Notes: generated by a model not told the origin, from the sequence alone. Shown: positions 26,199 through 47,664, numbered from the stretch's first letter. The stretch: 64,000 nucleotides of DNA from Eledone cirrhosa (GCA_964016885.1 OZ024742.1:18910001-18974000), one strand, 5' to 3'. Translations and numbers: made by a program.

Positions 26199-28121
26199 AT
26201 AGAAAACATTAAAACAAACCCTAAGGCCTCAGTACACTGTAAGATTGGGCCACTCTTCCACACTGACGGTTCATTAACCGAAAACCCCCAAGAGATATGT
26301 GAAATACTGAACGAACAGTACAAAAGTGTGTTCACATGTCCACTGAGGCACATGCAAATAACGAAGCCAGAGGAGTTCTTTGATGCCACAACACTACATC
26401 AAGAAATGGCAACCATCAACCACATAGATATAACGGAGCAGAATGTGGTGTACGCCATTGATGAAATTAGAACAGACTCGGCTGCTGGACCTGATGGATT
26501 CCCAGCAGTTCTCTTAAAAATATGTAAGCGGGCCTTAGCAACTCCACTGAAGATGCTCTTCAGAAGCTCCTTGGCTAGCGGTGTACTACCCAGGGAGCTG
26601 AAAGAAGGCACAATATGCCCTATCCATAAAGGAGGTAGTAGAGCGGAGGCCAAGAACTATAGGCCAGTCTCCCTGACGTCGCATATCAGTAAGGTCATGG
26701 AGCGAGTCGTCAGAAAGAAACTAATCACTTTCCTCGAAGAAAATGACCGCCTGACTAGCACGCAACATGGCTTCCGCCCAGGAAGAAGCTGCCTTACACA
26801 GCTGCTACATCACTACGACTGGCTACTGAGACAACTACTAGACAGCTCACATGTAGATGTGATATATCTTGACTTCGCGAAGGCTTTTGACAAGGTCGAC
26901 CACGGAATGATATGTCACAAACTACACGGACTCGGCATAACTGGAAAAGTAGGTGAGTGGCTGCATGGCTTCCTAAGGGACAGAAGCCAGGCAGTCGCAG
27001 CAAATGGGGCCCTCTCGAGGGAAACACCGATAACAAGTGGGGTGCCCCAGGGGACAGTCCTGGGACCACTACTGTTTTTGGTGGCTCTCTCGGACATGCC
27101 CTCTGTGGTGGATGCAACAACATCCCTCACTAGCTATGCTGATGACACTAAGGTAGCACAGGCAATCAAAAACCCGGCTGACGCTGCCCTTTTACAGCAG
27201 GATCTGGATGCCATATACAGATGGGCGGAAGAAAACAACATGCAGTTTAATGCTGGCAAATTCCAAGCCCTACAATACAAACCTGCAAACACAAATATAG
27301 TGGAACACAGCTACAAAGGACCAGGAGGGACCGATATCCCCGTGTCAAAATCGATACGAGACCTGGGCATAGACATGAGCGATGATGCATCTTTTTCTTC
27401 ACACATCATGAAAGTGGCGACAATGTGCAGACGACTCGCTGGCTGGATCTTGAGGACCTTCCGGACAAGAGATCGAGACACCATGTTGACACTGTGGAGG
27501 ACTTTTGTCCTAAGCCGCCTGGACTACTGCTCCCAGTTGTGGTCACTCCATAGTGTCAAACTAACCACGGAGCTTGAGACAGTCCAGCGAAGCTACACCA
27601 AGAGGATTGCCAAGATGAGGGAGACAAGCTACTGGGAGAGGCTGAAGGAACTGAACCTCTACTCCTTGGAGCGAAGACGGGAGAGATACGCAGTGATCTA
27701 CATGTGGAAAATCCTGGAGGGAGTAGCACCAAACTTTGGCATTGGGAGCTGGACCAACCGTCGAACAGGACGTCACTGTGTGGTGCCAAAGGTCCCGTCT
27801 TCCACATCTAGAATAAGGAGCAGGTATTGCAATAGCCTGGGATTCAAGGGCCCTCAACTCTTCAACAGGCTGCCGAGGCATCTGAGAGACTTGCATGACG
27901 TGGAGGTGGATGTCTTTAAGAAACAACTCGACACCTTGTTATCCAGGATCCCGGATGAGCCCACAGCAAGACACGAGGGAAACCTAAGGGCAGCAGCAAC
28001 ACACTCCCTCTTACACCAGTCGCCAACCTATACAGGCTGGAGATAAAATGTGTAGCAACAAGGGCGGTGCCCCAGCATGGCCTCAGACGGATGGCTGAAA
28101 CAGGTAAAAGAGTAAAAGAGA
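26199..28121 (+). mobile_element. 5'-truncated CR1/L2-group LINE with open RT frame (to stop at 28046), inserted in (TA)n
   Basis: [48 protein letters not shown] and LYSLERRR motifs; 3' tail GTAAAAGAGTAAAAGAG. The ORF N-terminus before ~26199 is microsatellite read-through. Confidence 0.93.
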
Positions 28122-28137
28122 ATACACATATATATAC

Positions 28138-28190
<53 letters not shown>

Positions 28191-28193
28191 CAT

Positions 28194-28227
<34 letters not shown>

Positions 28228-28228
28228 A

Positions 28229-28308
<80 letters not shown>

Positions 28309-28315
28309 TATATAC

Positions 28316-28364
<49 letters not shown>

Positions 28365-28559
28365 CATATACATATATATATATACATATATATATATATA
28401 CATATATATATATACATATATATATATATACATATATATATATACATATATATATATATACATATATATATAATATACATATATATATATATACATATAT
28501 ATATACATATATATATATACATATATATATATATACACATATATATATATATACACATA

Positions 28560-28685
<126 letters not shown>

Positions 28686-28691
28686 CACACA

Positions 28692-28811
<120 letters not shown>

Positions 28812-28904
28812 CACATATATATATATATACACATATATATATATATATACACATATATATATATATATACACATATATATATATATACACACATATATAT
28901 ACAC

Positions 28905-28975
<71 letters not shown>

Positions 28976-29062
28976 TATATATACACATATATATATATAT
29001 ATACACATATATATATATATACATATATATACATATATATATATATACACATATATATATAC

Positions 29063-29118
<56 letters not shown>

Positions 29119-29121
<3 letters not shown>

Positions 29122-29258
29122 CCTTGAGATGTTAAATGGTTGATTAACTACCTTGATTAAATCTTAACCATTTAACATCTCAGGGTATGTCATATATCAT
29201 TATATTTAGTCTGATGAGGAGGTACTGTTGTACATCCGAAATATTTATAATAAAATGT
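29119..29258 (+). ncRNA. Long hairpin (29119-29188) followed by a degenerate hammerhead (29204-29256)
   Basis: ATACCTTGAGATGTTAAATGGTTGA pairs with TTAACCATTTAACATCTCAGGGTAT; then CTGATGA-GGAgGTAC(TGTT)GTACaTCC-GAAA-TATTTA-TA with a poor stem I. Confidence 0.5.
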
Positions 29259-29404
29259 AATTGATCAAAAGAACATCTATTTTATTAATATTTGTATTTT
29301 AATATTAATAACTCTGGAAAATTATTTTTTTTTACCATAGAGTGCTTCCAATCTACTGTAAAACTCATTCTTTGATATACTCATTGAATCTTGTTTAACT
29401 CTTT

Positions 29405-29436
<32 letters not shown>

Positions 29437-29491
29437 CATATATACATATACATACATATATATATATATACATATACATACATATATATAT

Positions 29492-29723
29492 TTTTTTTTT
29501 TTCGGGTCGATCGACTTTCGTCAAATCGGACCGATGAAACAATGTTTTCGTCGGTCTTTCCAGTTGCTAATACTATCTATCGGTCGCAACTCCAGGTAGA
29601 AGGAGCAACGTGAAATAAAGTGTCTTGCTCAAGGACATAACGCATCGCCCGGTCCAGGAATCGAACTCACAATCTCAAGAGTGTGAATCCAATTCTCTAA
29701 CCTCTCAGCCACACGCCTTCACA
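29492..29723 (-). mobile_element. tRNA-derived SINE, same family as 18683-18918
   Basis: Reverse-complement match including the tail and poly(A). Confidence 0.8.
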
Positions 29724-29763
29724 ATATACATATATATATACATACATATATACATATATATAC

Positions 29764-29796
<33 letters not shown>

Positions 29797-29860
29797 AAAT
29801 ATATATATATATACATATACATATATATACATATATATATACATATATATATTTATACAC

Positions 29861-29909
<49 letters not shown>

Positions 29910-30012
29910 TATACATATATATATACATATATAAATATATATACATATATACATATATATATATATATACATATATATATACATATATATATATACATAT
30001 ATATATATACAC

Positions 30013-30045
<33 letters not shown>

Positions 30046-30162
30046 CATATGAATATATACATATATATATACATATATATATACATATATATATATACAT
30101 ATATATATACATATATATATACATATATATATATATACATATATATATACATATATATATAC

Positions 30163-30255
<93 letters not shown>

Positions 30256-30678
30256 GGGAAGTAAGGTTCTATACAAAATAGTAAATATAGAGAAAATGTG
30301 AAGTTGGAAATAGCACGGAAAATATATTTTAGGTTCTGTTTTTCTTTTTTTCCTTTCTTTGATTCGTCAAATGACATTATTGAAAATATGAGAGGAACAA
30401 TTCTTTTAAAAAAGAGTTTTATAATGTATATAAAGTATAATGTATTACCGGTTTCGATGTATTATTAAAATTCACCTTATCAAATGTTGAGTGTGACAAT
30501 TAAAAAGAATTAATACGAATTAAAAACTGAAAATTAAAGATTTAAAATTAAGTGTTGGAGTAAGTTTTTTCCATCTTCCTTGCTCAGAGAGGGAGTGGAG
30601 AATGTATATATATATATATATAAAAGAATGTATAAATAAGTGTGTTACCTTATCAGTTGTCTAGCGCTAAGTACTCAC

Positions 30679-30780
30679 GAACAGATTGGTGTCTTTCATT
30701 GCTGAAGGAAACTTCCCACGACGACGTGGATCCAGAGGTAACCATAGCAACAGTGGCATAGTAATTGTTCTCATCTGGCT
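30679..30780 (-). CDS. Candidate 102-bp internal exon of an unidentified host gene
   Basis: Acceptor TTTCTCTTAG and donor GTGAGT; open symmetric phase-1 frame PDENNYYATVAMVTSGSTSSWEVSFSNERHQSV; GC higher than the flanks. Confidence 0.5.
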
Positions 30781-31349
30781 CTAAGAGAAATTAAAAGAAT
30801 GAAACAGGGGTTTTAACAAAGCCTTCAACCTTGTGAGCAGGAAAAGTTTGAGAAAAACCATACCACATCTAAATGTGTGTATCTACGAATGTGTCTGTCT
30901 GTCTGTCAGTGGAAAAATATATATCTTCGTTGTTTATCTTTCAACGTAAATATATGTGGTGCGTTGCTAGATTATAAATGTTATTGTTTTCCTCGTACTC
31001 TACTCATGCCAGTGTTCGTCGAAAATTCCACATATATTAGAAGCTATTTTTCTTGTATACTAAGTTCCTAGTATTATTGTTTACATAGTTCATCTTGGTA
31101 TTTCTAGAAGTTATTCACTCGAATCTTTTGTGAATTACTGACTAGATATGTAATATATCTGATTAAAGTTACATATAATACAGCATAAAAGATTGTTTCA
31201 AGTCAGCTTGGTGTTGAGGTGGTGACTTCTGTCGCAGACTCTAGGTTCAATGAACAATGTCAAAATAAAATTAATCTCTTCACACTCATATGATCCGATG
31301 CTAGGATGTCAGCCGCACCTACATAGCGATAACAAATTGCAACAATAAA

Positions 31350-31383
<34 letters not shown>

Positions 31384-31483
31384 GTAATAATAATAAATGT
31401 GAAGACTAAAATCCAAAGAGGGTTCGATAAGAATAAATATATATCAAATATATAAAAAGCCTAGAGCAAATATCTATTTAGTT

Positions 31484-31534
31484 AGTTTCAGAAGAACCCG
31501 TTAAGGGTGAAAGCAGCGATTCTTTGCTTAAACT
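31484..31534 (+). ncRNA. Degenerate hammerhead (U4A core change); sister copy at 62874-62920
   Basis: AGTTT-CAGAAGA-ACCC(GTTAA)GGGT-GAAA-GCA..TGC-TT-AAACT followed by (TA)n. Confidence 0.6.
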
Positions 31535-31548
31535 TTAATATTATTTTA

Positions 31549-31707
<159 letters not shown>

Positions 31708-31892
31708 CTATATTAAAACTGTTCTACTCTGCTATGTATTGAGTACGTTACTTACTGTGGTTACCTCCGATTCAACCCGGAATAACTTACCTATATATAT
31801 ATATATATATATATAACGACGGAATTGTGGTAAGGAACCAGATGGACGATAACGCACCAAATTACTCAATACTTAGGGTAGTAGAGTGGGTA

Positions 31893-32022
31893 ATAGGAAC
31901 AAGTATGACCCCGACGGCAGAGCTCAAGCCGTTTCGACGGCTATTTCTGGACTAAAAAATCAGTCCAGAAATAGCCGTCGAAACGGCTTGAGCTCTGCCG
32001 TCGGGGTCATACTTGTTCCTAT
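31893..32022. repeat. Perfect inverted repeat with 61-bp arms and an 8-nt spacer
   Basis: 31893-31953 is the exact reverse complement of 31962-32022. Confidence 0.92.
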
Positions 32023-33029
32023 ATATATATATCTTGATTGGCCAGAGGTGATTATTTCCAGGTACCTTATGAATTTGACTTTCCGTATTTATTACTGTTG
32101 TGAAATATTGTGGCTTTTTTTGGTTGTAACTTCTCTGTTTTTTAGCCTAAGAAAATATATATATATGCCTACGTATATAATTACATGCATATATGTATTT
32201 ATTTTCTTTTATTAATTGAGTTCTTTACACGAAGAATTAATATTGGTTTTGAAATAACTAATTAACCCGCGTGTGTTTTATATTTTACTCTTAATAATTC
32301 GGCCGGAGAATTATATTCCCATTTGCCCTTTATAGCATAACTTTCTGCATTTACTGCGGTTATGAGAAGCAGTTCTTATTCGGGTACTACTTCTGATTTA
32401 GCCTAAGAAAATATCTATATGTGTGTGTAATTTATACAAGCATATATTTATTTTTTTATTTTCAATTGAGTTCTTAAACACGTTGGATTGATAATGTTTT
32501 CAAAAAAACTAATTAACCCGCGTGTATATTATTATTTTTTTTCCTCATTTCGTGGATCGTGAGTTGTCTCCCCTTCCCGCTTCGTGTCGCTATGATACTT
32601 CCTCAGTCAAAAACTGCTGGAATTTCAAATTTGGCGGTCATTCGAGGTGGGAGAGAACAACTTTACGGACATGATTTTTGACAGCCGTAAGAAATTGTTT
32701 TCTTATATCAATGTTTAATGGGCGTCCACTGATGATTTATAAGTACCCACCTAAATATATTCTTACATGAATATATATTAGGCTTCTACATAAACTGGAA
32801 ACATTCTCCCAACTTGTAGAAAACTTATAATGAAACAATTGTTTGGAAAGAGAGATATACTTTAACTTTAATTATATCTCATAAAATAATACAACTGGTT
32901 TTTCCACATTATACATATTGTTAGCACCCCAAACACTTAAATTGGGTTTATATTTTAATATAATCTAATGTTTGTTGAGTGAGATGGTTACCAGTCAGAG
33001 TTTAGCTTTAAACTATCTCTGTTATTGTA

Positions 33030-33073
<44 letters not shown>

Positions 33074-35993
33074 AAATATATATTATGGAAATACAATAGA
33101 GAAAGAAAAGAGAAAATTTAGATTGAAAAGAAAGGTTGGAATGTAAAATACGAAAATATAAAGGGAAGGGGGAGGGGGAGCGGAGGTTGATTGGGCTTTG
33201 GGCCTAGGGCGCAGCGGTAATGGAGATACGCCTCACTGACTGTCCGGCACTCTACCGATTTTGCCAATTCACCACCCTTATTTGTTACAAATGTTGACAC
33301 TATTCTGACAATCTGGTGGAAGAGGACAACACATCCACCCCAGTACGTGACTAGTATGTTATTTTGTCGACCTCGAAAGTATGAGAGACAAAGTTGACCG
33401 AGGATTTATATTCAGAATACAAAAAGCCGTAAGTGCTGAAATAAGTATTTTCCTACGCTTTAACGATTCAGCCAATCTACTTAGTAAATAATACCAACAA
33501 CATCAACAATAAATACATAAATACATGCATCCGGATACACTAATAAGCTCACCACCTTAATGTGTGTGTGCCAGAGAGAGAGAGAATGTGTGTGTATATA
33601 TATGTGTGTGTATGTGTGTGTGTCTGTGTCTGTGTGTGTATACACACATGTACGTATAGCTTTACATTCATAAATCCCTCCTTGTTTATTTATTAAGCCT
33701 ATCTCCGTTTTCTTTGGAAGCAACCAATCTTATAAGATCTGACACTGTTTTCTAAAGAAAGATAAGCTAACCACGAACGTGAAAGCTTTCTTTTCGCCGT
33801 TTGAAACGTGACAGTGACAACTTGTAACCATCAATGTAACTGTTTTAGTATTACATATGTTAACAAATTCGTTTTGGGTCTGTCAAGCAACTTTCTTCTC
33901 ATTTGGCTCTCACAAATTTATAAAACAAATTTTCCCGTGTGGAAGGTGTTCTTTGTTTTTTTCTTTCGTTAAATGTATTTTCGCTATCTCTGGAACTTAT
34001 ATTAAGAATTCCAGTTGCTACTACTGTTTGTCATGATACAAACATTTTGGCCAGAAACACTGAAAATTCTCTATATTTTATGACTAAAACCTTTTTATTC
34101 TTTTGAGACGTAGCTAAGGTAATTCAACATTTTTTTACGAGATATTTGTTCTTTTTATTTACATACTTCAGTATTTACCTTCCCCTCATCTTTCACTTCA
34201 AACATGCTAAACTTAGATTCTTTCTTTTCTTCCTTATTTTCATAACACAAAATCTTATCTTTGTTTCCATCATCTCGCATAAATATACTTATCTTAACAC
34301 TGAAGCAATAACAAGAGAAATCTATATATTTTTTTTAAATTGATTTAAAATAAGTGTCAGCTGTTCCCAGAGACAACAATACATCCTCAGAAATAACAAT
34401 AAATTTCTTCTTTTTTTTTTAAACACACAAAATATGGAATCTGAGCCAAAATTAATACATCGAATCATATCCACTGTGGAATGAGAGTTCAAGAATTTCT
34501 TCTATACATATGACTGCCTTCCATAAAAGAAAAATGATTGAAGTACTTTTTGAGATATTTCTGCATATTATTTTTTTATTTTTTTTATAATAAATATATT
34601 TATCAGTATGTTTCTTGCGGGAGATACGAAATTCTTCCATTTAATTCAACAAAATCAATCGGATCTTTCACGTGTTAAAGAATAAGAAAAAAAAAAAGAT
34701 AATTATTTCTGTTGTATTTAACGAACATAAAAAAATCTCACGGGAACTGGCCTGAAATACAGAAAAATCTATTTTAACGTGATGCGATATATATGTACAT
34801 GTATATATATGTATGTGTATGTGTGTCTATGTGTGTGTATGTGAGGAGAGGTAGATCAGCAGAATTGTCGAGCGTCGGATAATATGAATTTGCAGTATTT
34901 GTTGTCTCTTTACCTTTCATCTTCCCGGGGTTGGGAAAATAAAGTGTCATTCAAGAACTGGCGTTGGTTTAATCAACTTTGCTCTTTGTCAATTTTACTG
35001 GCCTTGTGCCCAAATTTGAAATCAATATGATGCGATACACACACATATATATCCATATAGTGATAATAACTTGGTAGAAATATCCAAGGTATAGAGCAAC
35101 TCATGTCCAATAGGGTGAGTTTTAATATATGGGCGGATCAACTTTACTACCTGTCCCAGAACAGGTTGTAAAGTTGGTTCTCCAAACTAACGATACGTTA
35201 CTGGACACAGAGACAGGCGTAAACATAGTCACATACACACTACATACTTCAGTGGAGTCTGTCTACTAAACTTGTCCATAGGTCCACGCAGTAAGATTGG
35301 ATCCTCAACCACGTGTTTGCGAAGCGAATTCAATAACCACACACACACACACACACGCACGCACGCACGCACGCTCGCTCGCTCGCTCGCTCACTCACTC
35401 ACTCACTCACTCACTCTATATTGTGTGTGTAAATATAAATGAAATGCAACTTTTATCTTATATTTCATTTATATTTCGAAGTTAGATACCCTTTTTCAAA
35501 GGATTAGAAACTGAATGTAGTGTCTTGCTTATTAAAAGAACAAAAATAGCCAGTTATACGCTGACAAAACAGCTACGAATTTATAGCATACTTCAGCTAA
35601 CTTATTGACTGTTAAACAACCAATTTGTTGCCTATAGAAAATAGTTAACGAACATTTTATCCATATATAAAGTGTAACGTTACTATAGAGACACATTAAA
35701 AAAAAAACATTATAAACCTCTTTTCAACATTCCACGTTTCCAGTATAAGGCAAACGTTGTTAGAAGTGTGGATTCTTTAAATATTTATTTCAAATCTTTT
35801 TCCCATACTTAAAAATGAACAAAATGTATTTACAAGTCGTGTCTGATAAGAGTTAGGATCCATATTTGTTTCGTATATTATTTAGGTAAAAACAAATTTA
35901 GAGTAATATTGACAACTTGATAATCTTCATAAAAGTGTGATTTTGTCGAATGATTTCCAAATATATATACATACATACATATATATATACATA

Positions 35994-36075
<82 letters not shown>

Positions 36076-36081
36076 CATACT

Positions 36082-36118
<37 letters not shown>

Positions 36119-36121
36119 ATA

Positions 36122-36177
<56 letters not shown>

Positions 36178-36183
36178 CATACT

Positions 36184-36317
<134 letters not shown>

Positions 36318-36355
36318 CATATATAAGATCAAAAGATGGTTAAAGGAGTTCCATA

Positions 36356-36426
36356 TATTTTATTATGCGCATTTCAAAAACAAACATCATCAAGCAATAA
36401 TATTTGTGTTTTCATCAGATAAAACA
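36356..36426 (-). ncRNA. Type I hammerhead ribozyme of the Naiad-type element
   Basis: TGTTTTAT-CTGATGA-AAACACAAATATTAT(TGCTTG)ATGATGTTTGTTTTT-GAAA-TGCGCA-TA-ATAAAATA; predicted cleavage between 36364 and 36363. Confidence 0.85.
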
Positions 36427-37407
36427 GGAGAACATGATATGAAGGCTAAAAAACACTTGTTGATAGTGCAGTTTTAAATCAACATATGAAAAGTGGTTTT
36501 AGATTGATGTGTGATATTGGGAAAAATATTTTATTTAGAGAGGGGGGGGAAAGGATGAAAAGGGAAGGAGATGAGAGGGAGAGATGGGTGATAGAGAGAA
36601 AGAGATAGTTTTTATAACTGAGAGGAGATATATTTTTTACATAGAGGGGTTGAAAACCGTTGGAAGATACTGTATAAATTAAAAATTTTGAAAATTAACG
36701 AAGGGAGGATATGTGCGAGGAAAAAATATTTTATTTAGGGAGGGGGGGGGGAGGATGAAAAAAAGGGGGGAGGAGATGAGAGTGAAGGTGGAGAGGGAGA
36801 GATGGGTGATAGAGAGAAAGAGATAGTTTTTATAACTGAGAAAAAGATATATTGTTTTAATATAGAGAGGTTGGGAACCGTTGGAAGATAATGTATAAAT
36901 TAAAGGAATTTGAAAATTAACGAAGGGAAATTATGTATGAAGATAGAGAGAAAAAAATAATAATTGTGGGTGAATATTCTAACGTCAAAAGAAGAAATGT
37001 ATGTATTGTGGCAATTTCAAAATTAGCGAAGAGAAAAATTGTTATGGTTTGTGTGTAGAAGGATTTGAGAAAAATAATGTGAAGTTAAAGTTTGTATATT
37101 GAATTGATATGTATTAATAATGAGTTCGTTGATGGGGAGAAAAAAATAATAATAAATTAAGGATGAAATTGATATTAAAAAGATTTATGATAGAGAGAAA
37201 AAATAATAATGATTGCAGATGAATATTCAAAATGTCAAAAACAAATGTTATTATTTTACGAGAAGATAGAATGAGGGTAATGAGTAAACGAGTATTATAG
37301 AGTGTATAATGCCCTTTAAAGTAAGGTAAGGTAGATGGGTATATTTTAAAGAGGTGTATGTATATGTGCCTTTGAGAAAAGATTCTAAATTGATAAAGAA
37401 TTGAATA

Positions 37408-39805
37408 TTAACTGTATACTTTGTGAAAAGTTCTATGGAATTTATGCAGGCAGATAGAAAACAAATCTGAGCGTCTGTTTATTATAGAATCTAGGTTAGA
37501 GATAATGGTAAATTTTTCATTTAGGCAGAGATTACAGATTTTAGATAGAGAGCTGTTCAAGTATGAGGATGCAGAAGAAATCTTTTTCCAAAAGATGTTA
37601 TATTTAATGTTTTTGTCTTTTAAGGACCATATGAGTTCTGAGAGAGCAGTGTTAGTTCTTTTAAGTTTGTATTTGAAAGATGAATGATGATTATAGAGAC
37701 GAGCTTTAAAAGAGGTGGAAGTGGAGCCAAAATAGGTGAAGGAATTGGTGCTAGTTATAATTTTACATTCATAAATTAAGTTTTTATCGAGGCAATGGTT
37801 GTTGAGAGGACATTTATTTTTGATGCGGCAGTTGCAATTAGAGAGATTATTAATGAGTGATCTAGTGTTATCTATAGAGGGAATTGGATTGGAGAAGTTG
37901 TTTGCGATAGGAATAATAGGAATAATAGTTTCTTGATTTAGAGTTGGATTATGAACATTTAGCGAAGTTGTGTTTGACGTTGTATTTGGGTTTACAGAAG
38001 TTAGCCTAGGGTTTACAATGACGTCGGGAGTACTATTACTGTTATTATGAAATTCGATATTGGAAGGAAGAGATTTAGTATTTAATATTTTGTTGTTGTG
38101 TTTAGAGATGATGTTGGAAATATTGGAGGATGTAGAATACGAAAATTTGATGGTGTGTTTGTTAAATATTTTACTATAGATATGTGAGGGAGGGAAGCAT
38201 TTATTTAAGGCACTAAAAAATAATTTAGGAATATTGTTATTAATAGAGATGGAGAAAGGAGCATTATACCAGATTATGTTTTTGTATCTAGGTCTTTTAT
38301 TAAAATTATTGGAATGGTCATGATTAATTATTCTACTGTAAGTTTTCCTAGAATTTGTTTCTTTATTATATTTGATTTTATCTGGATAGCCGGCTTTAGA
38401 AAGTGCGTTATTATAGTAATTGGCGTTAGCATCAAAGATGTTTTTATTAGAAGATATGTTAGATATTCTATTTCCAATATTATTAACTATAGCATTCTTG
38501 ATATTGGTAGGATGGTTAGATTTAAAGTTAACATAATTAAGATTCTCATTGTTTTTATGGTAAGGGTAATATAGGCCAGTGTCAAGATTAAGAGATACAT
38601 CCAAGAAATTAGCTAGTTTGATACTATTATCAAATTCAATTTTTAGGTTATGTTGGTTAAAGAAATTACGTATATTGTTCTTAATAATATTAAGTTTAAC
38701 TATATTGCAATTTAGGATAGTAAAGAGTCCATCGTCACGATAAATTCCACCGCGAAGTTGAGGAATTTTCCGACTCAAAGAGTTCAAAATGAAGATACCA
38801 ATTAAATCAGTCAATTGGGATGAATTGGATGCTCCCATTGTGATGTCGAAGTTGTTAGAGGTATCGGCTCTGGTCCAATATTCGTTGTTGAACTCTAGGA
38901 TGGTTTTACGTGCGGTGAGGATGATGTGAAGTTCATCTGTGGTGATGTCAGAATATTTAAGTGCGAAAGATAGAGCATTATTGAGAAGTGAAGGCGAAAT
39001 GGAGGAATAGTAGCTGGCAATATCGAATTGAATAAATTTTAGTTTGTTTTTATTATCCAATTTGTTGAACCAGCCAATCACTTCAGAAGTACCAAACCAT
39101 AAATTTAGGTTTAAAGAAGAGCAATTAGAACTAACCTGTGGGATAATCCTATCCAAGATGGCTTTACTAACAACCCCCAGATCAGATTTAGAGGGGGCGA
39201 TTAATCTAACAGGTAGTTCAGTGCGAAAATTGTTTTTGTGATCCTTGAGATTTATCCTCGGAGTTCTTGGTATCCTCGGTCTTTTTTTCAATGCCAAGTT
39301 TTGACATAATCTCATAGGCTTCAAGGTTTATGCATTCTAAATTTTCATGGTTGGTTTTACGATACTTTTTCCTAAGTTCCTTTAGGATAAGGTTGTTATA
39401 ATTATCCTTGGAAATACCATATAGGTTATTGGTTTTGTCAGAGTGGACTAAAACATTTTTTGAGGAATTTAGATTAGAGATTGTGTTCTTGAGATTTACA
39501 AGGTGCTCTTGTCCTTTGTAAGGGTATCTCTTGAATTTAAGATTTTTTATTATTTTAGTTAATTCTTCCTCGAATTGTGCTAGATTTTTGTTGGAAGGAG
39601 GATTTCGTCTAGAATTAAAAAGATGATCGAGGAAGTTGTGTTCTTTGGTATGAAAGTTCCCTTTTAGGCGCTGGTCATAGAAATAGGCTGTCCATCTAAG
39701 TCTTCTTACGAAGGAGTCAGTTTTTTCAATAAGAAGTTTGGTGAATTCAGATTTACCAGGTATAGGAATGTCTTTAGTTGAATTGGTTATGTTGTAATAA
39801 TCCAT
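37408..39805 (-). pseudogene. Penelope-like RT / GIY-YIG polyprotein with one frameshift near 39250-39290
   Basis: MDYYN..STKDIPIP..LIEKT..RRLRWTAYF, then LKDHK.NF..RLIAPSKSDLG, QFDIASYYSSI, DITMGA, YRDDG, NFLDV, SNHP, CNCRIKNKCPLNNHC, NLIY..YFG and CNLCLNEK. Confidence 0.92.
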
Positions 39806-39876
39806 GTTGTAGAAGAAGAGGTGAAGGACCATCAAAAGGTATCCAATATGAGAGTAAGCGCTCAACCGTTAAGGAG

Positions 39877-39975
39877 CAAGTTAATGTAAGATCAAGTTAA
39901 TATAAGATCAAGTTAATATAAGATCAAGTTAATATAAGATCAAGTTAATATAAGATCAAGTTAATATAAGATCAA
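39877..39975. repeat. 16-bp tandem repeat (~6 copies) in the element 5' UTR
   Basis: Unit CAAGTTAATATAAGAT. Confidence 0.9.
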
Positions 39976-39993
39976 AAGATGGTTAAAGGAGTT

Positions 39994-40075
<82 letters not shown>

Positions 40076-40084
40076 CATATATAC

Positions 40085-47331
<7,247 letters not shown>

Positions 47332-47360
47332 CATATATATTTATATAAATATATATATAC

Positions 47361-47413
<53 letters not shown>

Positions 47414-47446
47414 TACATATATATATACATATATATATATATATAC

Positions 47447-47613
<167 letters not shown>

Positions 47614-47621
47614 ATATATAT

Positions 47622-47664
<43 letters not shown>

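Larger units (their letters stand above)
36321..40000 (-). mobile_element. Near-full-length Naiad-type Penelope-like element, flanked by (TA)n
   Basis: RT + GIY-YIG ORF, 3' hammerhead and a ~37-bp terminal direct repeat (36321-36357 = 39964-40000). Confidence 0.93.

Noticed and set aside
30436-30460. Minus-strand CGAAACCGGTA half-hammerhead (similar half at 62410-62425)
   Set aside because: No matching CTGANGA with stem I upstream.
32729-32825. CTGATGA...GAAA..TA possible hammerhead
   Set aside because: Stem II-like hairpins exist but no stem I pairing could be found; at best a decayed relic.
39281-39290. A AAA AAG programmed -1 frameshift signal
   Set aside because: The downstream ORF is in the +1 frame, not -1.
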